A program made the position numbers and the translations under genes. Source: Adineta vaga (lineage: Eukaryota; Animalia; Rotifera). From it: 64,000 nucleotides of DNA. Every line of letters starts with the position of its first letter. The stretch's first letter is position 1. Under the pieces are notes generated by a model that was given only the letters and a program-made list of their open reading frames with translations, was not told the origin of the DNA and did not search any database. The stretch is from NCBI GenBank assembly GCA_021613535.1, contig CP075492.1, forward strand, positions 18,228,001-18,292,000, read 5' to 3'. Below, piece by piece: positions 1 through 12,093 of the stretch.

Positions 1-951
1 TTCCATCGGAGTCTGAACATCTTCTTTCGTCAACATTTTCGTCTTATCATGTGTGTCCATTATCTTGAAATATAAAAAATTCTAATCATCTATCATAGGA
101 ATAATGTAACTCGTATTTAAAAAAAGGATTTGAGTTTTTTCACAACTACACTGAACAATATTTTTAAGTTTCTTACAATCGTTCCATTCATATATATCAG
201 AGACCTGTAGAATCATACTTGTTTGACTCCAGCTTCGACTCTGAAAATCTCTGAAAATTTTCGTCCTAGTACATTAGTAACAACTTATGCTTACTAAATT
301 ATAATGCAAGCTGTAATTAGTATCCTGTTATATATAAAATATCATTTGAGATCATTCAGTTAACATCTCACCGAATGTTTAACCATTAGTTAAATTATCT
401 GTTCCAAAACTGATTATGCAATATTTAGTTGATTTATTAGAGTATTGTAAGAGTACAAACAGATTAATTGTATCTAGAACGACTACGAAACTCTTGCTCA
501 GAGAAAAATGTCGAATTTAATAAAAGAAGAAGAAGAGCTTTGTGTTTGTCTATATCATGTTTCTCCGATATTAAATTGATATTTTTTGTTTAGTTAAATA
601 TTATGATCGGATTTGATCTCCTGGATATGACACGTTCCAGTTTCATTATTGAGTTTTCTGTCACTATCGTCGCAGTATCAGTGTTTCCGCAATTTATGCG
701 AATAAATTGTGTTAGATGCAAATCTTTCGGACATTCTTTTGAAATACTTGTTACTTTCCATTTCAGCCTAAAGTTTCTGCTCAAATGATGCAAAATATCA
801 CTTAATTCATACAATAAAATTAGGTTTTGCAAAAAAAATCCCATAGAATAAGATAGCTTCTACTGACCCTCGCTAATTCGAAAGTTGTTACTATTTCATG
901 GTCTGTTCTTAAATACGAAGATACTGTCTATGAGTGTAAACGATGCAAACA

Positions 952-1168
952 CCCAGGTCGAACGATCTTTGCTACAGGATTCCGGTGCGGATTTCATCAG
1001 ATTTTGTCGGAATCCGTTAAAATCCGACAGGATCATCATCGGAAATGCTAGGAATTCGGTCGGAACCGGCATTCGGAATCCTGTAGCAAAGATTCCGGCA
1101 CAACTCGATAGGATCAGATTGAAATTACTCGCGTCCGACAGGATCCGATGTACCCGTTTGGACCTGGG
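952..1168. mobile_element. MITE with CCCAGGTC...GACCTGGG termini
   Basis: Terminal inverted repeat cccaggtcgaacg / cgtttggacctggg, CA on both flanks (possible 2-bp TSD), GC-richer interior with repeated GGATCCGA/GGAATCC/TCGGA motifs, no coding capacity. Confidence 0.75.
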
Positions 1169-1616
1169 CAACTGAATAAAATATAAAAAATATACATTTT
1201 CTCCTCGTATATTATTGCAATGATTATTCAAGCATAATTTATTATTATATTATGTTCATGAAGAAGAAGCAGGCAGCTAAATGCACGTGTTTATAGGTAA
1301 TACCTTTTTCTATCTTCTAAACAAACCTAAGCTCACGTGTAATTAATGTACGAACAGGACAAAAACAATGCATCAATCAACTTTCTCATATCAACGAAAT
1401 ATGTGTAGGCATATCTATATAAAGTATTTAGACGGCCATTTTTTTCTTTTCTTTTCTTTTATATTTCATATTCCTTTGTTGATATATTTTAGCATAGGAT
1501 GAAAGATTAAACAGTACAAGCACAAAATAATCTTATGCTCTTTTCTGAAACAAAGGGTTATAGGCTCGTAAAAGAAGCTCTTAAAATCATTAAATTTTGT
1601 ATGTTTGTTTGTCGAA

Positions 1617-2300
1617 TAGTGTCCTGCGGGAACAATATTTTCCCCTAAGTTTCCCATTCCCATGGAAATTCCCATTTATTTTTAGGGGATAGGAACATGG
1701 GAATTATTTTTGATAAATTGTCTTATTCATACACAATTGACAACATCATAAATATCATCGTCTTAAGGCGCATCACTAATATCTACTGAATATTTTCTCT
1801 TTTTGACTTGTTCAATAGATTATGGAAATAATTCTCTTAACAATGATACACTTCGACGTATAAATAGTAATTGATTTACTTTACTTGTTTGTAAATGTGT
1901 ATGACGATTTGTAATTGTGTTTCCACTTTCAGAAAAAAGTCTTTCAACTGAAGTATTGGTTGCTGGTATGGATAAAATACGTTTTTCTATTTGAGTTTAA
2001 GTTGGATATCATGTTTCTTTTTATCCTTCCAATAGATTAGTACATTCATATTTTAAGGAATTTTCGTTTTATCTTCTGGATATCTGTCAATTTCTGTTGT
2101 TGCTTCTACTCCATCCGATAATTCATCAGGTGATGGTGATTGAGAATGAGACTCTTGATATTTTTCAAATTCTAATTGTAATAATGTTTCTGCATGATAT
2201 CGTTGCTGTGGTGTATAGTCAAAACTTTTCAGATTTGGATGTAACATTGTAGCAATATAATGAAGACTAATTCTACCACAATGAACACCTTCAACGTAAA
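1617..2300 (-). mobile_element. hAT transposase 3' remnant with subterminal repeats
   Basis: Minus strand ~1850-1980 translates to ILSIPATNTSVERLFSESGNTITNRHTHLQTSKVNQLLFIRR (hAT C-terminal dimerisation motif); upstream MLHPNLK fragment; frameshifted; CCCATTCCC/GGGAA subterminal motifs at 1625-1705. Confidence 0.8.
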
Positions 2301-2385
2301 AAATAAATAATATAGGTGAAGTGTTATCTCAAGAAATAAAATAAATTTACCAGTTATTTTAGCAGTCCAAAAATACGTCGTAATT

Positions 2386-3820
2386 CAGAGATGGACAAGT
2401 CATTTGAAAAAAACTTCTGTCACTTTTTGCAGATGGAGCATATGATTTTAGTTCTCATTTGATCAAATTCAGAGGGTCTAGGACAGTTGCTCGTATGGAC
2501 AGTTGCGCGTGGACAGTTGCGCGTGGACGGACATTTGCTCGCTCGGATATTTACGCGCTAGGACACTTGCTCGATAGGACATTTGCTCGTTATGACAATT
2601 GCTCGCTCGGATATTTGCTCGTACAAGAAACTATTACAAAAAAATATGAATAAAATAATGAAAAAGAAACTAATAAAGCAAATTGATATTCGATTGAAGA
2701 ATGATCATCTTAAGCAACAAATTGGCTTAAATTTTGTCCTGTTTCTTTGATTGATAATTTGAACTTAATAATAAGCCATATTGAATAAAAGATATTTATC
2801 TATAAATGAGATATGTAACAGTCATTTCACTAAAAGAGAAATGTCTGTCACTATAACAAAAACGTCTAAAAATAAACCTTTATTAATATATAATGGTTAT
2901 TCTTATACGATTGATCATAAAAATGAAACAAAGATTTTGTGGAAATCTATTTATGCAAAAAATATGTTTGTCATGGTCGATTACATACAAAATTAAATTC
3001 TGCTTTTCAATGTTGTCATCCAACTTTATGGCATTCTTAGACAAATTAATCAGAGATTAAGAAAATAAGGTTCATGTGGATATTATTAATGCTATGATCG
3101 GAAGACGACCACCTGCAGGAAAACACGAACAATTCAACAGACGCCTTCAAGAACTTGTAGAAAATCCGTATCAAAATATATATGATCAAATAACATACAT
3201 TGGACGTTTGTTGTCTCTACAATATCTAAACTTTTTCTTTACATACTCTGTAATTATTTGATATCATTGTTGAATATTTCTTGTAATATTGTTCAATGTT
3301 CCATAATATAATTTATTTCTTGTCACTACACATCATCTCTATTTTACATTATGCGAGCAAATATCCGAGCGAGCAATTGTCCTAACGAGCAAATGTCCTA
3401 TCGAGCAAGTGTCCTAGCGCGTAAATATCCGAGCGAGCAAATGTCCGTGCGCAACTGTCCACGCGCAACTGTCCACGCGCAACTGTCCGCGCGAGCAACT
3501 GTCCGTTTCCCAATTCAGAATCTTTCTAGCTAAAAAATGATATATTATGGTTAATGGTTTTCTTCATGAAAACTCCCACAATACCTTTAATAAATCATGA
3601 CGTAACTTGACCTAACAGTTTTTAACTATCTTCTATAACTCATGACTTTTTATAGGTATTACAGGTGGTTTCTTAAAGGAAACCCTTAACTATAATATTT
3701 CATTTTGCAGCTAGAAAGATGTTGGACTTGGCACAATGAGAACCAAAATCATATGTTACATCTGGAAAAAGTGACAGAAGGTTTTCCTAAATGACTTGAA
3801 AAATGACTTGCCCATCTCTG
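2386..3820. mobile_element. Foldback MITE (~390 bp, CAGAGATGG termini, hAT-like) split by a nested insertion
   Basis: 2386-2459 is the inverted complement of 3735-3820; 3520-3605 pairs with ~3635-3720; no clear TSD. Confidence 0.8.
2474..3511 (+). mobile_element. Internally deleted MULE-like element with tandem-repeat TIRs
   Basis: 8-bp TSD AATTCAGA (2466-2473 and 3512-3519); ~150-bp TIRs built of GGACAGTTGCGCGT/GGACATTTGCTCG units; interior has a FLYWCH-like start (KPLLIYNGYSYTIDHKNETKILWK) and a transposase C-terminal remnant (HPTLW...DIINAMIGRRPP). Confidence 0.85.
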
Positions 3821-4543
3821 TCCAAAAGCAATAGAAGACTACATCTACGTAATTTGTGCATGGAGCTGATCGACTCAACCAAAGAATATCTTGTTATACT
3901 TTCGATCGAAAGTCTACAAGAAAACTATGGCTTCTGTGAAAATTACAAGAAAAAGATGTGCTTACTGTAGCACTAAGTAAACTGAAGTTCAATCTGACAT
4001 CGAGTGCAGGCGTATAGTTTACAATATGATGAAAATATTGATAATCATAACTTAACGTTCTTTTTAGTACGTACATAGTTTTGAAATAAAATTCATATTT
4101 AATCCAAAAGCTCTTTCTTTTACCATCAAAAAAAAATAACACTTAAACTTATTAATACGATTGACCTTCTATAGAAATAAGTATGAACATAATTTCATTC
4201 ATATTCTCCAACGAATATTGATTAATTATATTTTATTGGAAATTACCTTTATATTTTCTACTGTCGCCAATACATCATCATCGACAACTAACATTATATA
4301 AACCTTATAGTTTTTTTCTTTTGTATTTCATATTATGTTCATCAATGGTGCTCGTATAATTTCCATGTGATAAGCAATTAAGATAAACACAAGAAATGAA
4401 ACATCAACATTATCATAGTAGTCATAATTCTCATAATTCAAACGATAATTAAAAATATCTATCATCGATATCAAATTGTTAAATAAACATAATAAATACA
4501 CATTCTTCAATATATAAAATATCTGATTATATCATTTAGTATA

Positions 4544-5654
4544 ATGAAAAAAAGAACTTTACAATTTGAAGATCTTAATAATGAACTTATTTATGAAATA
4601 TTTGATTATCTTGATTATTTTCATATTTATAAAAGTGTTTTTAGTTTCAATTCTCGATTTCGATCAAATTTTCCATTGCCAATTAATATTAAGTTTATAT
4701 CTCAATCAAAATTTAAACATTTTAATCAAGATATAATTATTCCAAATACACAACGAATTCATATTCTTTGAATATCAAATTATTTTTTGTTTCATCATAG
4801 TTTACTGATGTTAGCACATAAAACATCTCTACGAACACTTATTCTTGAAAATATTCAATCAAAACATTTGACGAATGTTATTCATCAATTACAATTATTA
4901 TCAAATCTTTCTTCATTGACTATTGCAACTCTCGATTTGGATGGATAAAACATATTTCAGTTGTCTTCATTAAGATATTTCAAATTATATCATTAGGAAT
5001 GTCGAGTTTTAGAAATTTATCATCTAAGACAACAAATGAATTTAGTTCAATTGAACATTTAATTCTTGACAATGGAATAGATTTGAATGATTTGTGCAAT
5101 TTATTATCATATATTCCTAATCTTCGTTATTTTTCAACATGTTTATTTGGGGAACATGATTCTGCACCGATAAAATTACCTTATTTAATCTTAAATCGTT
5201 TGACACATGTTTCTTTCACACGAAATTGTGGTATAACATTCGATGATTTGGAACCAATTTTCATCAATTACTTCGGTTCCATTCAAGTTTTAGATCTTAC
5301 AGTAGATAGTAAATGTATGAATGCAAATAGATGGAAACAATCAATATCTTCATATTTACCAAAGTTACGTGTTTTTGATATTCTTTTCGAATCTATTTTG
5401 GACTAAATGACAATGGTTCTCTGACTATTTATTTGAACAGAAATATGATAATAATATTATGATTTCCTCTTTCGAAAATCCATATAGGTAAGTAATGGTA
5501 GGATTTATAATATAATTATATGAATATATTCGAATTTTTAGAGAAAAAGATTATAAATTATGCAAACAATAGAATGAATTAATTGTTAGAAATGAAAATA
5601 GAAGAGTTTTGAAATTAGTTGATTATGTTCGTACTGAAGATGAAAAAGCATTAA
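4544..5654 (+). pseudogene. F-box/LRR protein pseudogene
   Basis: F-box start FEDLNNELIYEIFDYL, LRR-like repeats, stop at 4769 and frameshifts, intron ~5488-5540; coding-like sequence ends at a telomere-like cassette. Confidence 0.75.
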
Positions 5655-5707
5655 GTGAATGTATGGGTTTGGGTGTCTCTTCGTCCATATCAATCCTCAC
5701 CCGCAAG
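5651..5707. repeat. Telomere-like inverted cassette (degenerate)
   Basis: tgggtttgggtgt - spacer - cctcacccgcaag. Confidence 0.5.
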
Positions 5708-6011
5708 GATATTACGTAAGAGTGATATAATGTAACAGCGGTGTGTCTATCGACCCAATGACCGCTGCACAAGAAAAGAAAAGAAAGAAAATCTTTTATG
5801 AGTAGTAGTCGTATATGTAGTTTTTTTCTTTCTCTAAATAGAAAAAGAACATACTGGTAGTGTCGTTTGTTCTTTTCTTTCCTCTCGTCACGTTGACTTA
5901 CACGAGCGAGAACAGATGGTGTGAAAGAAAAGAAAAATAGTGCTTTTTCTTTCTCATTCATTCATTCATTCGTTCACTTCATATCCACATACATACAAAC
6001 AAACTTACAAA

Positions 6012-6254
6012 ATGTCTCAGACACTCGGAGAAGACCCAGTAATTGGCGTGGAAAGTGGTACAAAGGCGGAACAATTAGCCTGTTTGGGCGGATCAACATC
6101 GGGTGCAACTCCAGAATCTTTTCGTTCAACGGGCGATTCAACAGCCGGTCTCGATGAAGCTGACATACACGGTCGACCAGGGCAAACAACACATGAAGCT
6201 CAATCGGGTACAGTCACATCGGGCAATTCAGAAACAAGCGACAAGTCGAAATAA
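6012..6254 (+). CDS. 80-aa hydrophilic Gly/Ser/Thr/Glu-rich protein (hydrophilin-like)
   Basis: ATG in CAAAATG context, GC-richer than flanks, MSQTLGEDPVIG...SETSDKSK, disordered composition. Confidence 0.6.
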   Translation: MSQTLGEDPVIGVESGTKAEQLACLGGSTSGATPESFRSTGDSTAGLDEADIHGRPGQTTHEAQSGTVTSGNSETSDKSK

Positions 6255-6727
6255 AACTCCTTCTACTCATTTTATGGTGTAAAACATATTTTTAGTTGGT
6301 GGTTGAATAAAGAAGAAGAATAAAGAGCGCAATGTCACAATGATAAAAAAAGGAAAAGAAAAAAATATTTTCGTAACAGCATTAATTCATTTTAATACAT
6401 TGAGCACGATTCAGTTTTCTTATGAAATTTCTGCACGATGTTATTATCATGAATAGTTCATTTCTAATAAAATGCACGGAATAACCCTTTCGTTACTTTC
6501 TACTCATTATTGATCGTTCTCTTTCTTGTATTACTATATGATACATCATTTCTCGCGAGTAACTAAAATTGCCTGAGTCAATTGCTCGTTCTTTGTTCAT
6601 GTTATATATAACATATGCGAGAAGAAAGAGGACAATTCCAGGTTTTTCTATATTATTCTTATTTATCTGTCGTTTTACTATATATAAAGACGAGTGAATT
6701 TTTGGAATAGCACATATGTCATTCGAA

Positions 6728-6773
6728 GAGGATGGGTGTGGGTATATCTTCTTCACTCACAACTACACCCACA
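6728..6773. repeat. Telomere-like inverted cassette
   Basis: gaggatgggtgtggg-tatatcttcttc-actcacaactacacccaca. Confidence 0.75.
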
Positions 6774-7807
6774 GATTAAATTCGAGTTGCATTTCTTTCT
6801 GTACGAAGTGACTATATATGATAAAAAAGTTTCAATTAATTTCAAGCAAAAATTTATATAACATCATACTTTGAAAAATCTCTCTACAATAGGAATAGGA
6901 ATAGCTTGTCGATGACGAAATATTCATGGTCCCAGCTGTGTGACTAACTTTCCTACATACAGTTGAGCTATACTATTCAAATATCTAGAAGTTACTTTTG
7001 CACCGATCGATATCTTTTCTCCAATAGTTCATCAGCAATAATATGTGGATTTTTCACTAAATCAAATAATGTATGCACCTTTGTTCTCTTCTTCTACCAA
7101 TAGCTTCATTAATGGTTGATAATGATAATTATAAATCTTTTTTATGAAGTTGATTAAGAATTTATTAAATAAATCAAAAAAGAATACAAAGTCTCACATA
7201 TGATAAGTAAAATTAAAGTTCAAACTTCTTTATTTTAGAAAGGTTCTTAACTTTTCTAATTATTGGATATTAATAATCGATATTTTCATGTGACCGAATA
7301 TCTCGATTAGACTGATTTATATTTGTATAATCTGAATTGTTTTCACTAGTTCCTGTAATAGCATTTTTGATTCTATTAAAAGTATATTGGATGCTGTCGC
7401 GTATCGACTATATAGGAATAGAAAATTTATGAATGATAAAAATTTATTCTTATCAAACTTATTCTTACGCAACCCATAACTACAGTCAGAATTATGAAGA
7501 ACATATAAGCACCATTACTAGGTTCAGCCATCTTTGTTTCTAGTTAATATTTTTGCAATTGAAAGAAGAAAAAAAATATTGTTTTTTTCATTTTTTTTCT
7601 CTATTGATTCATACAATATTTTTCATTCGTATTCAATAATTTAATTCTAAACAGTGAAAAAAAGAAAACGTTGAACGAGAAAAATTTTGTATGAAGCGCA
7701 TTATAGACGATTGATTGGCAAAGAAATTGACACTATACCGACTATCCACATCGATCTAATCAAATTCAAGCTATAGAGAAAAAATCTGTTAATGCTGTAT
7801 TTAAAAC

Positions 7808-7847
7808 TGTGGTTGTATTTTATATTCACCCACACTCACACCCATCC
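7808..7847. repeat. Telomere-like inverted cassette
   Basis: tgtggttgt - spacer - cacccacactcacacccatcc. Confidence 0.65.
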
Positions 7848-8852
7848 GTTTCAGCAAAAATAGTCACTAAGTTTGGTTTGATTAATCTTTCAGACGAGGG
7901 TCGAGCAAGTCACCCTCGGCGAGCGTTACTTGTTGTTAAGGATCCGGAGTTGTCCGGGACGACTGTCTTTTATTTTTCTCTGAGAAAAAGAAAAATCTAT
8001 TGTACAAAAGAAATATATAAAAAATGACTAGGTAAAGAAAAAGAGAGAAGAGAGACGAAGGATCGTCCATCTGATATAGATGGCGATCCTGACACTATTC
8101 AAGTCAAAAAAATATCTGTTCGCTTGTACTTCTGTGGTCATGTTCATTGGTATGAACGTCTTTATCCAGTCGACCATAATGGATTGTTTGTGATAAACAA
8201 TTACACTAATCAAACGCCGACCTAAGTCATATTACGACTGGAGCTGGTGGAGCTCCAGAAGGAGCTAATATTGCTAATATGGGAGGCGTTATCAAGGTTT
8301 CGCCCAAAACTATAAGCAAGTACGGTTATGCACGCCTTGAAATAAAAGATTCTTCCGATGAGCCTTATTCACAATTCGTTTATTGTCTACGAACATGCAT
8401 AGAGAAACCACGTCATATATCTGATATATCAGTACAGGTGATTTTTTCTATCGTGTGTTCTTTTCACTTTTTTAGTCGTTTTGCTAGTTCGGACTAGCAA
8501 AGATATTGAAAAAGAGAAAAGGACACATGAGAAACAAAGACCACCCTGTATCAGCATATCAAATATCTTACGTGATGGCTTTTATGCCAAATCATCATAA
8601 ACAAGCGGATCGTTAGTAAGGTCCATAGTAAAATCGTTTTTTCCGAGTCGTGTGCAACTGTATCTATTTATAATCTTGTCCGAAGCATAAGTGATGTCCG
8701 TCATATCAACAGCATTAGCGTCTTCTGTAGCTCCATCACTTCCAGTTTGTACATGAACTAGATCGATATGGTTAGTGTCATTCTTCATCCAGGACTGTTC
8801 ATTACGACGGACTGGATAAGATGTTCGTACTATGAACATGATCACAGAAGTA

Positions 8853-9056
8853 CACTGGGAAAAAAAGGTTCGGCATAGATGTAAAAGTCTCCATATACCT
8901 CCAAATTCTAAAAAAACGACTTTTCAGATCTATGAAACCTTTGACGTTTCTAGGATAAAAAAGTTAGAGGTTTCATAGATCTGAAGAATCGTTCCTATAA
9001 GCATTTGGAGGTATATGGAGACTTTTTCATCTATGTCGAACCGTTTTTTAAGGGTG
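8853..9056. mobile_element. Palindromic MITE (CAC...GTG type, TA on left flank)
   Basis: aaaaaaggttcggcatagat...tcagatctatgaaacct pairs with aggtttcatagatctga...atctatgtcgaaccgtttttt; right end runs directly into GGGTGT repeats. Confidence 0.8.
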
Positions 9057-9116
9057 TGGGTGTACAGGCACGTGTGAGAGATTATCTGCATCTCATACTG
9101 ACACTCACACCTTTAA
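9048..9116. repeat. Telomere-like inverted cassette
   Basis: ttaagggtgtgggtgt ... acactcacacctttaa. Confidence 0.85.
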
Positions 9117-9117
9117 G

Positions 9118-9450
9118 ATGCCCAATTTTTGCGGGAACACCAGATTGACCTTGGCGTCATTTTGATTTACAAGTCGCATGCAATCGAGGCCCTTCTCTAT
9201 AATGATACCTTCGACTGGATCTTCAATAATATGATCTAGCCTTTGTCTTTGTCCCGCGGAACATGTTCAATTGATTGTTATTCTTGTTGTATTGGATTTG
9301 TTTCGTAAAGTTAATAATGGTGTCTCCATCAATTTTCACTTCTGGCTGCTTTTTGTTATATCGATCTTCCAAAATTTTGTTTTCGACATCATCATACTTT
9401 TACCAATCATTCTCTCGTCTCGATGCAGCGTTGTGTGATTTCCAATATCA
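9118..9450 (-). pseudogene. WWE-domain (probably WWE-ART) pseudogene fragment
   Basis: Minus frame Q*YWKSHNAASRRENDW*KYDDVENKILEDRYNKKQPEVKIDGDTIINFTKQIQYNKN resembles a WWE domain; in-frame stops; cut off at the 9048-9116 cassette. Confidence 0.55.
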
Positions 9451-9910
9451 TTGAGAGTTGTGAGGATGCTGAAGAATCGGAGTGATAATTGACACAGAAA
9501 CTGTTTGAAAAGCTCTGTCTCTTTCAAGTTCCACAAAGGAGAAAAAGATATGCCGATAGCCAATATTGTTTTCAATACTACGTTAAGTGAAACTTGCTTT
9601 ATTACTTTTTAGTTATTTATACATTTTTTTTATTAGAGAGAAAGAAAAAAAACGTCGTCAATAAAAATGCGCAGGTACTCTTGTTAGATGAAAACTTTTT
9701 CTCTCAAGCACTTTCGTATGCCGACTTGATTTTATTTTCATCTACGATACGATTAATCAAAGATAAGAACAAAAAAATGAAAAATGTAATACGTTGTGAG
9801 AGAAAATGATAAGAAACCGTTGTTTTGAAAAAAGAAAAAAACTATATGAGACTATACCAAAACATCGTCAGTAGTATCAAACTTGAAAGTTGAATTCAAT
9901 TATTCAAGTT

Positions 9911-9993
9911 TTGAGAGTGTGGGTGGATGTGGGTGAGGTGAGGATGTTAGTGGGTGTGATCATTCTACCTTTAACCAACACCCACACCCATCC
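9911..9993. repeat. Telomere-like inverted cassette
   Basis: ttgagagtgtgggtggatgtgggtgagg ... acacccacacccatcc. Confidence 0.85.
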
Positions 9994-10438
9994 AGAAAGT
10001 TTCAAACGATTTGGTGAATGTTGTGTTTTTTGTCACAAGTACCATGGAAATAGCCAGAAGAATACCAGAGAAATGTCTTTTGTATAGTATAACGCGTTTT
10101 ATATCAAAAACTAATCCAATATAGTAGAACAACAAGGATTGGTACTTTCAGAATAAATTATTCTTTTAAAAATTAGTATCTGTGTAACATATTAAGATGA
10201 TATTCAACAATAAGTTTTTTTCTCTTTTTTGCAAGAAACGAAGGTATTCTTTGTGAAAGGTTCTATTGGCAAAATATTTTCTCTTTTCTTTTTTTCATTG
10301 AAACATTAAATCAAACTTGTGAATTCGATCATTCTTGAAATCATTATAGCATAAAGATTTTCTTCACTTCGCAACACATTATTATTCATCAACAGACAAT
10401 CCGTAACGTTCATTCAATTGATTTCCTTTTTCATCTTC

Positions 10439-11481
10439 TCAGCGTTCATTATTTATATTTACAGGTGTTACACGATTTCGATTTTTGCAAAAACACCGTT
10501 TGACTTGTTGACGAAAAGTACTTGAAACAATAATAAATATATAGAAAGTAGCCTTTTAAAAAGCAAAATTTAATTAACAAAACGATTAAAAACTAATATT
10601 TGACTTACTCCATAAAGGAGACCAATTAAAGTATTGACAATATTGAAAATAAAATAATCGATACCTTTCTCTCCAGCTGTTTCATTTATAGAAATTGCTG
10701 ATGATGAGTATAGCAGGAAAAAGGCAGTAGGTATAATAGGAATAATAGTTGCCATTACTTGTCCACAAATCATATACGTAAGTTGTCGATCAGCTCCTTG
10801 AAGTTGATTTAAATTTGTTAAATTGTGCATATTTCGATATGTAAGAATACCAAATAGAACACAAAGAATTAACGGAACTATTGTGAATAAAAACCAATTA
10901 TTAATATAATTAAAATAAATTTGCCAAAATTGATTATAAATTGCACAAACATTTGAACTAAAAACATAATAAATATCTGTTAAGTTTGTTTTCTCTTAAA
11001 AATAACTTTCAAAAACTGACTTTAAATCGACAAAAATTAAACATGGGATATTTTGAAGTAACCAAAAAATAATGAAACCAACACTAATACGATGAGTCAA
11101 TTTAATATTACTCAATCGTCGTAGTTTAACTTCTTTTGATGTCACTAAAAATTGATTAATTGTTGCTAAACATTCACATGTCATTGCTATACCTAGACAA
11201 GTATTAATTATATAATATCTCACTTTACACCAGAAAAGTGAAACAAGTGTCAAATCGATATGAAAGATAATAGCAAGACCTCGTGATAATCCTGTATTCA
11301 AAATATGTATACATCGAACAATGGCTGAGATAAGTAAAAAGAATGTACATGATTGACAGCGATACATATCAACAGTTGAAAATATAATTATATTCATTAT
11401 ACAACCAATTAAACTTATAATGAATATTATAGGAGCTACGTAGGATAAAAATATTTGAGTTATATATAACCATGATGCCAT
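10439..11481 (-). CDS. Rhodopsin-like orphan GPCR (3 exons)
   Basis: GCIMNIIIF in TM1, CKVRYY, hydrophobic helices, ATFYIFIIVSSTFR in TM7; introns ~10962-11020 and ~10554-10608. Confidence 0.85.
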
Positions 11482-11948
11482 AATATATTTTTCTCTTTCG
11501 ATAATAAATCTACTATACAAATATCCATTTTGATCTAGATGGAAATAATAATCTTACTTACCCAAAATATCTCTACTTCTTTTCAATAATTTCTTGTTTG
11601 TCTATCTCAAGTAAATTTCATCGTTTTTTGAAACGTCTTTTTTCTTATTTTTCGAAGCTAAATAAGAAAATTCTTATGATATTTTCTGCTTTTTATCGTC
11701 TATTCATCTATTCAAAATAGCATAATTAATTTAATTTGTCGTTTCAAAACAAAATGCAGTACCCGATAAAAAGCCTTGAACTCTACTATATCATTTTGAC
11801 ACTTGATTAACTCTTTCAATACGAATTCTATTTTATGATGTTTACTAAGTAGTTGAGAAAACAAATTAATATATAAGTATTTTATTTGATTATGTTGTTG
11901 GTCGAATAACATTCTTTTTACGAAAAAATATTTCGTTGATAGATAATA

Positions 11949-12033
11949 GGGTGTGGGTGTGGGTGTGGGTGGGGTGTCGATGAGTGTGAGTCAGGCTATA
12001 TATTCTTAACCGTCACACACCCACACCCTTCAA
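11949..12033. repeat. Telomere-like inverted cassette
   Basis: (gggtgt)3gggtggggtgt ... cacacccacacccttcaa. Confidence 0.9.
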
Positions 12034-12093
12034 TTGATAATGAGATTAGTCCATGTTTAATTAACATTCTCGTTGATTTGAAGAGTATGATTA

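Noticed and set aside
885-1231. Overlapping ORFs of 96 and 111 aa
   Set aside because: Arise from a GC-richer MITE; no protein motifs
2474-2625. CRISPR-like repeat array (also 3351-3511)
   Set aside because: Units are abutting ~13-14-mers without unique spacers, mirrored as TIRs with a TSD; no cas genes; eukaryotic context
7860-8845. Possible gene remnant (GC-richer, short ORFs)
   Set aside because: No recognisable domain or consistent frame by eye; needs tBLASTx
11949-12033. True chromosome end or ancient whole-chromosome fusion
   Set aside because: Tracts are only a few units long and recur every few kb among ordinary genes
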